A stretch of DNA of 60,211 nucleotides from positions 1 through 60,211 of the forward strand of contig JASFYS010000046.1 in assembly GCA_045047095.1 (NCBI GenBank). The letters run 5' to 3'. The position numbers and the translations under genes were made by a program. Origin of the DNA: Desulfuromusa sp. Its GTDB lineage: Bacteria; Desulfobacterota; Desulfuromonadia; Desulfuromonadales; Geopsychrobacteraceae. Of the stretch, positions 31,689 to 40,626 are shown one piece after another (within the stretch, counting starts at the first letter, position 1; each line of letters opens with the position of its first letter). The notes under the pieces are model-generated. The model was given only the letters and a program-made list of their open reading frames with translations. It searched no databases and had not been told where the DNA came from.

Positions 31689-31797
31689 GGGACTGTCCCC
31701 GCATGGGGGCTGTCCCAGGCTTTTGTGATGCAAACCCCCGCAATTTCATTGCCCGTAAACTCTTGGAACCGCCCCCGATGGAGCTGGGGACAGTCCC
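31689..31797. repeat. GGGACTGTCCC...GGGACAGTCCC-bounded REP-like element, copy 1
   Basis: Palindromic ends with inner GGGGGCTGTCCC; closely similar to the reverse complement of 58097-58206. Confidence 0.8.
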
Positions 31798-31806
31798 GAG
31801 GGTACT

Positions 31807-33444
31807 CTAGCGCGAGTACTTCTGTTCAACTTGTGGCACAAACCATTGGTTGAAATTATAACGAATTCCAGCTGGAGCAGGTTCTACCCCTCGAAACCGC
31901 TTGGAAACTGCTGGCAAAGCCTCCCCGACATACAAAAAGGTATAGGGCTGCTCTTCCGCCAATATTTCCTGAAATCGGTCATAATAAACTTTGCGCTGTT
32001 GCAGATCAAAAACCCGCCGCCCCTGTTCCAGTAATTTGTCAACTTCAGCATTTTTAAAGCCGATAAAATTAAGCTCGCGTGGTCCAGTTTTGCTGGAGTG
32101 CCAGATATTATACTGATCCGGTTCCGGTCCGCCAGTCCAGCCTAAAATTGTAGCATCAAAATTCCCTGGATTTATAAATTCTTTGAGAAACGTCGCCCAC
32201 TCAATAATCCGCAATTTTACTTCAACACCGATCTCCTTGAAACGACGCTGAATAATTTCACCCGTTTTTGAGCGCAGATCGTTCCCCTGGTTGGTAACAA
32301 TGGTAAAAGCCAGCTCCTTACCGTCTTTATCTAAAATGCCATTCCCATCAGTATCCTTCCAGCCTGCCTCCGCTAAAAGCTGTCGGGCTTTATCAGGATT
32401 ATATAAATAGGTTGGAACATCAGAATTATAAACCCAGGTGTCAGGCTTGTAAGGCCCGGTTGCAACGGTACCATATCCCAGCAAAACACCATCAATAAGT
32501 TCCTGCTTGTTTATTGCATAGGAAAGCGCCTGTCTGACACGCTTATCCTGAAAAATCGGGCGATTCAAATTATAACCCAGGTAAGTATAGCCAAAATTCA
32601 AGTAGCGATATTTATTATACAACCGTCTGAACGCGGGAGTATCGGTCTGCCGATCAAACTGCAACGGCGAAAGCCCCATAAAATCAAGACTGCCGGTCTG
32701 TAATTCAAGAAACTGGGTAGAAATATCGGGGATAATCCGATAAACCACCCGCTTGATATAGGGTTGTCCCTCAAAATAGTCGGGGTTCGATTCAAGAACA
32801 ATTTTTTCTCCCCCCACCCATTCAGCAAAGCGGTATGGTCCGGTTCCAACCGGGTTACGAGCCAACTTGCTTTTGGTAATATCCTCCCCATCCAAAAGAT
32901 GTTTGGGATGGATAGCCATCGCCCAGCTGATCAAAGCCGGAGCATAGGGTCTGTCATAATGGACCACAAAAGTATAGGGATCAGGGGTTTCAACTCCCGT
33001 CACTTGTTTGAACGATTCGGCATAAGCAGTCGGAGTTTTGGGATCAATATAAAGCTGATAGTTAAATTTGACGTCAGCAGCAGTAAAAGGAACTCCATCG
33101 TGCCAAGTCACATACTTGCGCAGATGAAAAGTAATGGTTAAATTGTCATCGGAGATATCCCAACTTTCAGCCAGCTCCCCCTCAATTTGCAGATTTTTAT
33201 CGTAGCGAACCAGACCGTTATAAATCAGACCATTGATCGAACTGGAAGCAGAATCAGATGCCAAGACCGGCAGCAGGGTACTGGCATCCCCGATTGAGGC
33301 TTCAATAAAAGTATCACCAAATTCTGGAGTCAACGCTTCTGCAACCCCGGGATGGTTGACTTTATCAGAACTATTATTACAAGCGCTGAGCAATAATAAT
33401 CCAAAAGAATAAAACAGAAATTTATAACAAAATATATTTCTCAT
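31807..33444 (-). CDS. Peptide ABC transporter substrate-binding lipoprotein (family 5)
   Basis: Lipobox LSAC, WHDGVPFTAADV, PVGTGPY, VRQALSYAIN. Confidence 0.9.
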   Translation of the reverse strand: MRNIFCYKFLFYSFGLLLLSACNNSSDKVNHPGVAEALTPEFGDTFIEASIGDASTLLPVLASDSASSSINGLIYNGLVRYDKNLQIEGELAESWDISDDNLTITFHLRKYVTWHDGVPFTAADVKFNYQLYIDPKTPTAYAESFKQVTGVETPDPYTFVVHYDRPYAPALISWAMAIHPKHLLDGEDITKSKLARNPVGTGPYRFAEWVGGEKIVLESNPDYFEGQPYIKRVVYRIIPDISTQFLELQTGSLDFMGLSPLQFDRQTDTPAFRRLYNKYRYLNFGYTYLGYNLNRPIFQDKRVRQALSYAINKQELIDGVLLGYGTVATGPYKPDTWVYNSDVPTYLYNPDKARQLLAEAGWKDTDGNGILDKDGKELAFTIVTNQGNDLRSKTGEIIQRRFKEIGVEVKLRIIEWATFLKEFINPGNFDATILGWTGGPEPDQYNIWHSSKTGPRELNFIGFKNAEVDKLLEQGRRVFDLQQRKVYYDRFQEILAEEQPYTFLYVGEALPAVSKRFRGVEPAPAGIRYNFNQWFVPQVEQKYSR

Positions 33445-33463
33445 AAAATCTTATCAATTTCAT

Positions 33464-34219
33464 TCACGGGAGGGTTTCAAGGGGGATATTCTCAGGCTTT
33501 TCCAGATGAAACTGGACAATATTAATCCTCTCATTGACCTTGAGTTCAGAAAAATTGACTTTCACCCGCGTCTGCTCCAAAGGCATTGCAATCTTAACAA
33601 GATGTGGAAAATGACTCTTTTTTGAAAATTCTTGATAATCAACTGAGAGGTATTGTTTTCCAGCTCTGAAATAATGGCACCCGATGACCTGAAGTTGCCG
33701 ATCAAACAGCAGTTCCTGCCGGTTATTATTATTTGACAGAACCAGCTTCAAAGCTCCTGATGTTAATTCAACGCTGTAATTTTGATAATCTATCAGGGGC
33801 GGATCATACAGCAATAACGCCAGCAGATCTTTGGTCGCCAGAGGGATCCGTATAAACCGGAAAATATTCTCATAGCTCGCTGGGCCCCGGAGAAACCGAC
33901 CCGGGACAGTCGTCTTGAGAAACACCGACAAAGTTTCACCGTCAGAGGTCATTTGTAGAATCAGTTGACCAAATCCGGTTAAGACATCGGTTCGTAAAAG
34001 ATCGGGTTTTTGCAACAATAGAAACTGTTGACTGGTAAAAAATTTATCCCTGGTTGTCAAAGAGACACTTGCAGCACCATCCAATGATGAGTAACGGCCT
34101 GATGTAGAGGCAAGATGAACCAGCAACTGATCTGCGGTAGGAATGTCAGTCCAATCCGGCTCTGACGGGCGAATACAACCTGTCAGCCCGACCAATAAGA
34201 AAAAAATCAGCCACCGCAT
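33464..34219 (-). CDS. Lipoprotein, LolB-like/DUF4292-type
   Basis: Lipobox LTGC; beta-rich body; follows a TPR lipoprotein, the usual context for LolB-like genes. Confidence 0.5.
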   Translation of the reverse strand: MRWLIFFLLVGLTGCIRPSEPDWTDIPTADQLLVHLASTSGRYSSLDGAASVSLTTRDKFFTSQQFLLLQKPDLLRTDVLTGFGQLILQMTSDGETLSVFLKTTVPGRFLRGPASYENIFRFIRIPLATKDLLALLLYDPPLIDYQNYSVELTSGALKLVLSNNNNRQELLFDRQLQVIGCHYFRAGKQYLSVDYQEFSKKSHFPHLVKIAMPLEQTRVKVNFSELKVNERINIVQFHLEKPENIPLETLP

Positions 34220-35958
34220 TAATGTTCCTCCAATAACAGCAATTTGAGTTTTTCTTCCACTTGCGTCGCCTGCGGATCAATTTCCAGCACCCGTCGATAC
34301 ACCGATGCAGCCTTCTCCCAAAGCTTCATGGCAGAGTAAAGATCCCCCAAGTGCTCCTGAATGACAGCATCATCAGGATGCAATTTAACCGCTTTTTCAA
34401 GTTGCTCACGGCTTTCTGGGTAACACCCCATTTTGAAATAAATCCAGCCCAAAGTATCAACAATATAACCACTTGGCTTGATCGCTAATGCTTTTTGAGC
34501 TCGGCTCAACGCTAACTCCAGATCAATCTCATTTTCGGCCTGATCATACGCAAGAAAATTCAATGCGTCCGAATGGGAATCATCCAGCAACAAAATTTTC
34601 TCCATCGTTTGGACCGCAAGCTGGCGCTTATCTTGTTTTTCGTACAGCACCCCAAGTTGATAAAGTAGCTGTGTCGCGTCGGGATTTTTTTCAATGCCGT
34701 CCAGAGCAACTTGAACCGCCTGTTCATAATCTTCACGATCCCCAAGAAAAGCAACCAGGTAATAATAGACATCGGGTTGATGAATATCCTGTTTGATTAT
34801 CTGTTGTAACTTTGCTATAGCCTTATCATCCCGATCAGACTGTTTATACAGATAAGCCAGCTGCAAAGCCGCTTCAGTATAAATCGAAGAATCTTGACCA
34901 ATCGGTTCTAAAGCAGAAATAGCCTCATCAATTTTGCCCTGTCCTGACAAAGCCATGGCAAGATAATAACGACTGCGCCCATGCTGATCGTCCGAGTTCA
35001 GGAGGAGACGGAAAGCATTCTCAGCTTCAGCCCAATTTTCCAGCTCCAGTTGAATCAGGCCGATTTGATTGATAACTGGCAAATTGTCAGGAAACTGCTG
35101 GCGGACAGCCTGGAGCTGCAAGAGGGCGTCCTCAGGCTGGCGGCGAACAAGAAAATATTGCGCCAACTGTTGCCGCACCGCTGCGGCTCTTGGATTACGA
35201 GTAATAAAAGCTTGATACAGTTCCAGGGCAGCATCTTGATCCTGCCTCTCCAATAACTTGCCATATTCAAGAACCGCCGGTAGCTGATCCGGCTGCTTCT
35301 TCAGCAATTTTTTATAGATCGCAGTGGCTTTATCCGCCTGCTTTGCGTCTAGATATAAACGAGCCAGAGTAAGTTGTGCCAAGCCTGATTCCGGTTGCTG
35401 CTTCAGTAACGTCTCCAAAACAACTATTGCTTCGTCCTTACGATCGAGCCGGGTCAGGTCTATTGCTATGCGCAACGGCAATGCATCATTTTTGGGTGTC
35501 AACTCTAAAGCCCGACGGAAATGGTCAATTGCAGATTCATAGTCCTGTTGATAGCTAAAAACATCACCCAACAGCTCATGCGCAGCAACATTTTCAGGAT
35601 CTCCTGCCAGCAAGGCTTCTAAAGTGGTAACGGCTTGTTCGGGCTGCTGCTGGTGTAAATAGGCCTTCGCCAGAATCAGCTGCAGATAATCCGATTGCGG
35701 ATCAAAGCTTAGGGCTCGTTGCAGCGCAGCAATCGCCTCTTCCCAGCGATTTTCCGCAGCAAGAATTCTGAATTCGCTAAATGCAAAAAGGGACTTTGCT
35801 TCGGGATCAACCAATTCTGAGCGATAATTAACGGCACTTGCATCTTCGGGAACAGGTGCCTGAGACCGGTTGACGGCAACGCAACCAGAAATAAAAACCA
35901 GAGTGGAAAGCAAGCAGCAAACCGTTGTTTTTACGGTAAATAAATCTTGAATCTTCAA
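34219..35958 (-). CDS. Tetratricopeptide-repeat lipoprotein
   Basis: ISGC lipobox, multiple TPRs, ALNFLAY...YIVDTLGWIYFK...EHLGD. Confidence 0.85.
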   Translation of the reverse strand: MKIQDLFTVKTTVCCLLSTLVFISGCVAVNRSQAPVPEDASAVNYRSELVDPEAKSLFAFSEFRILAAENRWEEAIAALQRALSFDPQSDYLQLILAKAYLHQQQPEQAVTTLEALLAGDPENVAAHELLGDVFSYQQDYESAIDHFRRALELTPKNDALPLRIAIDLTRLDRKDEAIVVLETLLKQQPESGLAQLTLARLYLDAKQADKATAIYKKLLKKQPDQLPAVLEYGKLLERQDQDAALELYQAFITRNPRAAAVRQQLAQYFLVRRQPEDALLQLQAVRQQFPDNLPVINQIGLIQLELENWAEAENAFRLLLNSDDQHGRSRYYLAMALSGQGKIDEAISALEPIGQDSSIYTEAALQLAYLYKQSDRDDKAIAKLQQIIKQDIHQPDVYYYLVAFLGDREDYEQAVQVALDGIEKNPDATQLLYQLGVLYEKQDKRQLAVQTMEKILLLDDSHSDALNFLAYDQAENEIDLELALSRAQKALAIKPSGYIVDTLGWIYFKMGCYPESREQLEKAVKLHPDDAVIQEHLGDLYSAMKLWEKAASVYRRVLEIDPQATQVEEKLKLLLLEEH

Positions 35959-36220
35959 AAAAATATTCCTTCAAATAAGCGCTAGCATGAAAAACATTAA
36001 CTATTGATAAGTAGCACACTCATTTCGCGAGCGTCAAACCCTTAAAAAAATCATCAGATCAACTTTACAGAGTTGAAATTTCTGGTAAATTGCCACCATG
36101 TGAAACTTATAATTATTGTTGTAATTCTATCCTTTCAGGATTAGTCTGTAATGTGCGTGCACAAAATTAAAGAAGCAATACTCAAATTTTTCCAGAGTCA
36201 ATGAGCTAAAAGGTCAATCG

Positions 36221-36472
36221 ATGAAAGAACCACAAAGAAACTCAATCAGAGAAGCCTGGATCCTCTGTCTGATTCTAGGTGTGGTTATGATCAATTTCCC
36301 CTTTATCCATATCTTCAATACCACGGGACTGCTTTTTGGAATCCCGGAACTGGTTCTTTATTTCTTTATCGGTTGGCCAATCTCAATCGCCGTTATCTGG
36401 CTTTTTGTACGCTACCTTGAAAAAGACTCACAAAATAGCTCTAAAATAGTGGGGGACAAGAGCGACCCATGA
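36221..36472 (+). CDS. Small two-TM membrane protein translationally coupled to the SLC5 sensor
   Basis: Two hydrophobic segments (NFPFIHIFN..LFGIPELVLYFFIGW); ATGA overlap with the next gene. Confidence 0.7.
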   Translation: MKEPQRNSIREAWILCLILGVVMINFPFIHIFNTTGLLFGIPELVLYFFIGWPISIAVIWLFVRYLEKDSQNSSKIVGDKSDP

Positions 36473-39400
36473 TCCCGGCAAAGACCATTCTCTTTATGTC
36501 GATCATCTCTACAAAAACTGTCCTCCTTGTCTCCTTTGGCTATTTTGCACTGTTATTTCTGGTTGCCTTGTATGCTGAGAAATGCCGCAAGACCGGAAAC
36601 TGCCTGCTAAAAAATTCACATATCTACTCACTGTCGATTGCTGTTTATTGCACCAGCTGGACCTATTACGGGAGTGTCGGCAAAGCAGCAACCAGCGGTC
36701 TGGAGTTCTTACCGATTTACTTAGGTCCTACTCTCGTTGCTTTTGCCTGGTGGTTTTTACTCCGCAAGATGCTTCTCATCAGCAAACAACAGAACATTAC
36801 CAGTATTGCTGATTTTCTTTCCAGTCGCTATGATCGTTCCACCGTTCTTGGTGCAATTGTCACTCTGTTTGCAGTCTTTGGTATTACCCCCTATATCGCG
36901 TTACAGTTGAAAGCCATTTCCCAGACATTAAGCATCCTGTCGATGCCATTAACGATGCCTGGCACCGGTTTATACGATTATGCCTCGAAACTTCCATGGA
37001 GAATCGATATCGCATTCTTCGTGGCGCTACTATTGGCACTGTTTGGTATGTTGTTTGGTGCCAGAACCCTTGATTCTTCCGAAAAACACGAAGGGCTGGT
37101 TGTCGCAGTTGCCTTTGAATCTATTGTAAAATTGGTCGCTTTCCTGGCTGTCGGTATTTTTGTCACCTATGGTCTGTTCGATGGCTATATCGATGTCTTC
37201 CAACGCTTTTTTGAACAATTTCCCGAACGTCGCGACCTGCTCCTGCTGGGGACACAACAGACCCCTTACACCAAATGGTTCACGCTGATTGTTTTGTCGA
37301 TGATGGCAGTGATGTTTCTCCCCCGCCAATTTCACATTATGATTACAGAAAATACCGATGAGCAGCATATCAAATCAGCAATGTGGAAATTTCCAGCATA
37401 CCTTTTTCTCATGAACTTGTTTGTCCTGCCAATTGCTCTTGGTGGTTTGATCATCAATGGCGGCGACACAACCCAAGCGGATTATTTTGTCCTGACCCTG
37501 CCCCTCTCTACGGGACATCCCTGGTTAGCACTCTTGGTGTTCATTGGGGGATTGTCTTCATCTGCTGGAATGGTCATGGTCTCTTCAGTAACAATAGCAA
37601 CAATGGTTCTGAACCATCTGGTCATGCCGATTATTTTGAGAATGAATATTCATGCACAAAGCCTTTCCAGGCTTTTGATCAATATTAAACGGCTTGGTAT
37701 TCTTGGGGTAATCTTCATCGGTTATTTCTATTTTAAACTTATTGGTAATTCTTACGCTTTGGTTAATATGGGATTAATATCCTTTTCTGCGGTCACTCAA
37801 TTTGCGCCAGCAGTACTCGGCGGACTGTTCTGGAAAAGAGCCAACCGTAGAGCAGCAATAACAGGAATCAGTTTGGGTTTTGCGCTGTGGTTTTATACCC
37901 TGCTAATTCCTTCATTTGTCCGTTCCGGATGGCTCCATTCAGATATCCTGCAAAATGGTTTATATGGCATCAACCTCTTAAAGCCTCTGGAACTTTTTGG
38001 CCTGCGCGGGTTTGATATGTACAGCCACTCACTGTTCTGGAGCATGCTGTTTAATCTGTCGGCCTATTTAACCATATCCTTCTTTGCCAAACAGACGAGA
38101 TCAGAAGAAATCCAAGCTGAAAAATTTGTTGATGTCTTTGTGGATCAATCACAGCAACCAGACAAACTGAGGCGCATCAGCAAAGCCCCAACGGTTATGG
38201 AGTTTGTAGAATTAATGTCCAAGTTTATCGGCGAAAAACCGGCTCAAGCTGCCATAGCTGATTATTTAAGCTATCAAGAAATTGATTCCCGGGGAAACCT
38301 CTCAGATCACGAAATCCCAAACTTGAAAAGTTTTACAGAACGCACCCTGGCCGGCCATGTGGGTACAGCTCCAGCGCACATTATTCTGGAAAACTATCTC
38401 GCTGCTCGCGGCAGTGAGATGGAAGATGTTTTTGATATTTTTGGGACGGTCACTATCAACCACGCTTCCAGTCGCGAACAGTTGAGTGTGCTCTACGATG
38501 CAGCGCAAATTGTTTCCAGCGAAGGAGATTTCCAAAAAACCCTTGATAACATTCTGGAACTTCTTGCGCAGCAATTTAAATTTGATCTCTGTGTGATCCG
38601 CTTTCTAGAACCGGAATCGATGACACTGATTGTCAAGAGTCTGGTCGGAACATCCTCGGAATATTTTGGTCAGTTTGAACGCAATCTCAATACGGAGACC
38701 TATATTGGACAGGCATTCCTCTCCAATGTAACGACTGTTGTCAATGACACTGACCTGATTGAAAAACCAACCTCAGCAGAACATATCAAGCGCGATGGGA
38801 TTACCTGTCTAGCCCACACTCCGATCGTTTCTGAGGGAGAGACAATCGGTATTCTATCGGCTTTTTCCAAAACCTCAAAAGGAATTTTTACTCAAGAATT
38901 TATTGCTCTGTTCGAAAACCTTGCGGGTCAAATTGGGATTGCCTGGCGCAACGACCAACAACTCCAGAAGCTTCTTCTCGGTCGGGAACAAGAACGAGAG
39001 ATGCAGATTGCTAAAGATATCCAGAAAACTCTCCTCCCGACAAATCTGCCCACCCTGGGGCATATTGATATTGCTGGTCTGTGTGTTCCAGCGCATCAGG
39101 TTGGAGGAGATTATTACGACTTTATTGAACGCAACAGTTCAGCTTACGACCTCATTATTGCTGATGTGTCAGGACACAGTATTGGTTCAGCGCTGATCAT
39201 GGCGGAAACACGAACTTTTATCCACGCCCGGATTGAAACTATTAAACACCCGGCTGAGATGTTACTGGCTCTCAACAGTTATTTCCTTAAAGATCTGGAT
39301 CGTTCCGATCTGTTTGTTACTATGTTTTATTTACAATATAATCCTATAACCCACCGACTTATTTATGGCAATGCTGGGCATAACAACCCCTTGCTCTGGA

Positions 39401-39720
39401 AAAAAAGTCAACAGAAGCTCGTTAGTCTGGATGCAGAGGGGTTGATTTTCGGGATTAAAGATAACATCTCCTTTGAACAGAAAGCGACTGATCTGGAATC
39501 AGGAGATATTCTGCTTCTCTATACAGACGGAATTGTAGAAGCTGAGAATAAGGATAATGATTTTTTCGGGATAGACAGGCTTGGAAAAATACTTTCAGAG
39601 TGTGATGATTTAGGTTCACAAGAATTGATCGATCGGATTATGATACAAGGTCGAATTTTTACCGGAATGCGTCATTTTAAAGATGATATTACCCTGGTTG
39701 TCATGAGGATTTTAAAATGA
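36469..39720 (+). CDS. SLC5/sodium:solute symporter-like domain + STAC + GAF + PP2C (SpoIIE/RsbU) phosphatase fusion
   Basis: N-terminus has CbrA/CrbS-type YSLSIAVYCTSWTYYGSVG, PYIALQLKA, ESIVKL and LPRQFH. STAC-like SKFIGEKPA...TERTLAGHVG, then a GAF region. PP2C motifs VGGDYYDF, ADVSGH, NAGH, YTDGIVE, DDITL. Confidence 0.85.
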   Translation: MIPAKTILFMSIISTKTVLLVSFGYFALLFLVALYAEKCRKTGNCLLKNSHIYSLSIAVYCTSWTYYGSVGKAATSGLEFLPIYLGPTLVAFAWWFLLRKMLLISKQQNITSIADFLSSRYDRSTVLGAIVTLFAVFGITPYIALQLKAISQTLSILSMPLTMPGTGLYDYASKLPWRIDIAFFVALLLALFGMLFGARTLDSSEKHEGLVVAVAFESIVKLVAFLAVGIFVTYGLFDGYIDVFQRFFEQFPERRDLLLLGTQQTPYTKWFTLIVLSMMAVMFLPRQFHIMITENTDEQHIKSAMWKFPAYLFLMNLFVLPIALGGLIINGGDTTQADYFVLTLPLSTGHPWLALLVFIGGLSSSAGMVMVSSVTIATMVLNHLVMPIILRMNIHAQSLSRLLINIKRLGILGVIFIGYFYFKLIGNSYALVNMGLISFSAVTQFAPAVLGGLFWKRANRRAAITGISLGFALWFYTLLIPSFVRSGWLHSDILQNGLYGINLLKPLELFGLRGFDMYSHSLFWSMLFNLSAYLTISFFAKQTRSEEIQAEKFVDVFVDQSQQPDKLRRISKAPTVMEFVELMSKFIGEKPAQAAIADYLSYQEIDSRGNLSDHEIPNLKSFTERTLAGHVGTAPAHIILENYLAARGSEMEDVFDIFGTVTINHASSREQLSVLYDAAQIVSSEGDFQKTLDNILELLAQQFKFDLCVIRFLEPESMTLIVKSLVGTSSEYFGQFERNLNTETYIGQAFLSNVTTVVNDTDLIEKPTSAEHIKRDGITCLAHTPIVSEGETIGILSAFSKTSKGIFTQEFIALFENLAGQIGIAWRNDQQLQKLLLGREQEREMQIAKDIQKTLLPTNLPTLGHIDIAGLCVPAHQVGGDYYDFIERNSSAYDLIIADVSGHSIGSALIMAETRTFIHARIETIKHPAEMLLALNSYFLKDLDRSDLFVTMFYLQYNPITHRLIYGNAGHNNPLLWKKSQQKLVSLDAEGLIFGIKDNISFEQKATDLESGDILLLYTDGIVEAENKDNDFFGIDRLGKILSECDDLGSQELIDRIMIQGRIFTGMRHFKDDITLVVMRILK

Positions 39721-39821
39721 TCATTAAAGCGACTCATTTTTTGGTCAACATTCCTAAAATAGGGTACACTTAAAATCAATTTATTAACATGACAAAACTG
39801 AACTCAAGAAGGAGAACTCGC

Positions 39822-40157
39822 ATGCAGTTGAAAATGACCGAACAAGGAGACATTGTTATCATTAATGTCGAAGAAGAACGGATGGATGCCTACAACAGCG
39901 GAGATCTTAAAGAACAAATGTTACAACTATTTGATGAGGGAAAGTGCAGTCTGGTGATTGATTTAAGCACCGTGCGATTTATCGATTCATCCGGTCTTGG
40001 TGCCCTGGTATCCGGTTTCAAAAATGCCAGTGCTCGTGAAGGGAGCCTTAAGCTATGCTGCCTTCAGCCACAAGTTCGATCAATGTTTGAATTGACCCGT
40101 CTCCATCGAGTTTTTGAAATTTTTCCCTCTCAGGATGAAGCATTAGCTAGTTTCTAG
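39822..40157 (+). CDS. STAS-domain anti-sigma factor antagonist (RsbV/SpoIIAA-like)
   Basis: IDLSTVRFIDSSGLGALV with the phospho-Ser; AAGGAG RBS before ATG 39822. Confidence 0.9.
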   Translation: MQLKMTEQGDIVIINVEEERMDAYNSGDLKEQMLQLFDEGKCSLVIDLSTVRFIDSSGLGALVSGFKNASAREGSLKLCCLQPQVRSMFELTRLHRVFEIFPSQDEALASF

Positions 40158-40188
40158 TCTGGATATAAACATCGATAGAAAGATCAAC

Positions 40189-40611
40189 ATGTCAAAGCAG
40201 GTTAAGATTGATATAACGGTTCCGAATCAAACCAAGTATCTCGGGATGATTGGACGCATTGGCGAAAGCATGGCTTATTCCCTGAAGGGCTACCATGGGA
40301 ATCGCCGGGAACTCGCCTATCACCTTAATCTGGTACTGACAGAAGCCTTAGCAAATGCAATAGGTCATGCACATGACTTCGATCCAGACAAAGATATCAG
40401 AGTCTCAATCTCTGCCTCTGATCAAGATATCATCATCAAGGTTTTCGATCAGGGGCAGGGTTTTGACCTGGAATCACTGGCTAAACTTAAAGCACGGGTG
40501 AGTGCTGAAGGGGGTCGTGGGATCCAGATTATTTTTAAATTAATGGATCAAGTCAGATATATTCAGGAAGGCGACAGTAACGTCTTAGAAATGACCAAAT
40601 ATCTACACTAA
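40189..40611 (+). CDS. RsbW/SpoIIAB-like Ser kinase / anti-sigma factor (HATPase_c_2)
   Basis: EALANAIGH (N box), DQGQGFD (G1), GGRGI (G2). Confidence 0.88.
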   Translation: MSKQVKIDITVPNQTKYLGMIGRIGESMAYSLKGYHGNRRELAYHLNLVLTEALANAIGHAHDFDPDKDIRVSISASDQDIIIKVFDQGQGFDLESLAKLKARVSAEGGRGIQIIFKLMDQVRYIQEGDSNVLEMTKYLH

Positions 40612-40626
40612 TCCCCATAAATGTAT

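Noticed and set aside
31689-31797. Possible CRISPR array from the GGGACTGTCCC repeats (also 58.0-58.2 kb)
   Set aside because: Units are short and inverted, lack regular unique spacers, and no cas genes are present
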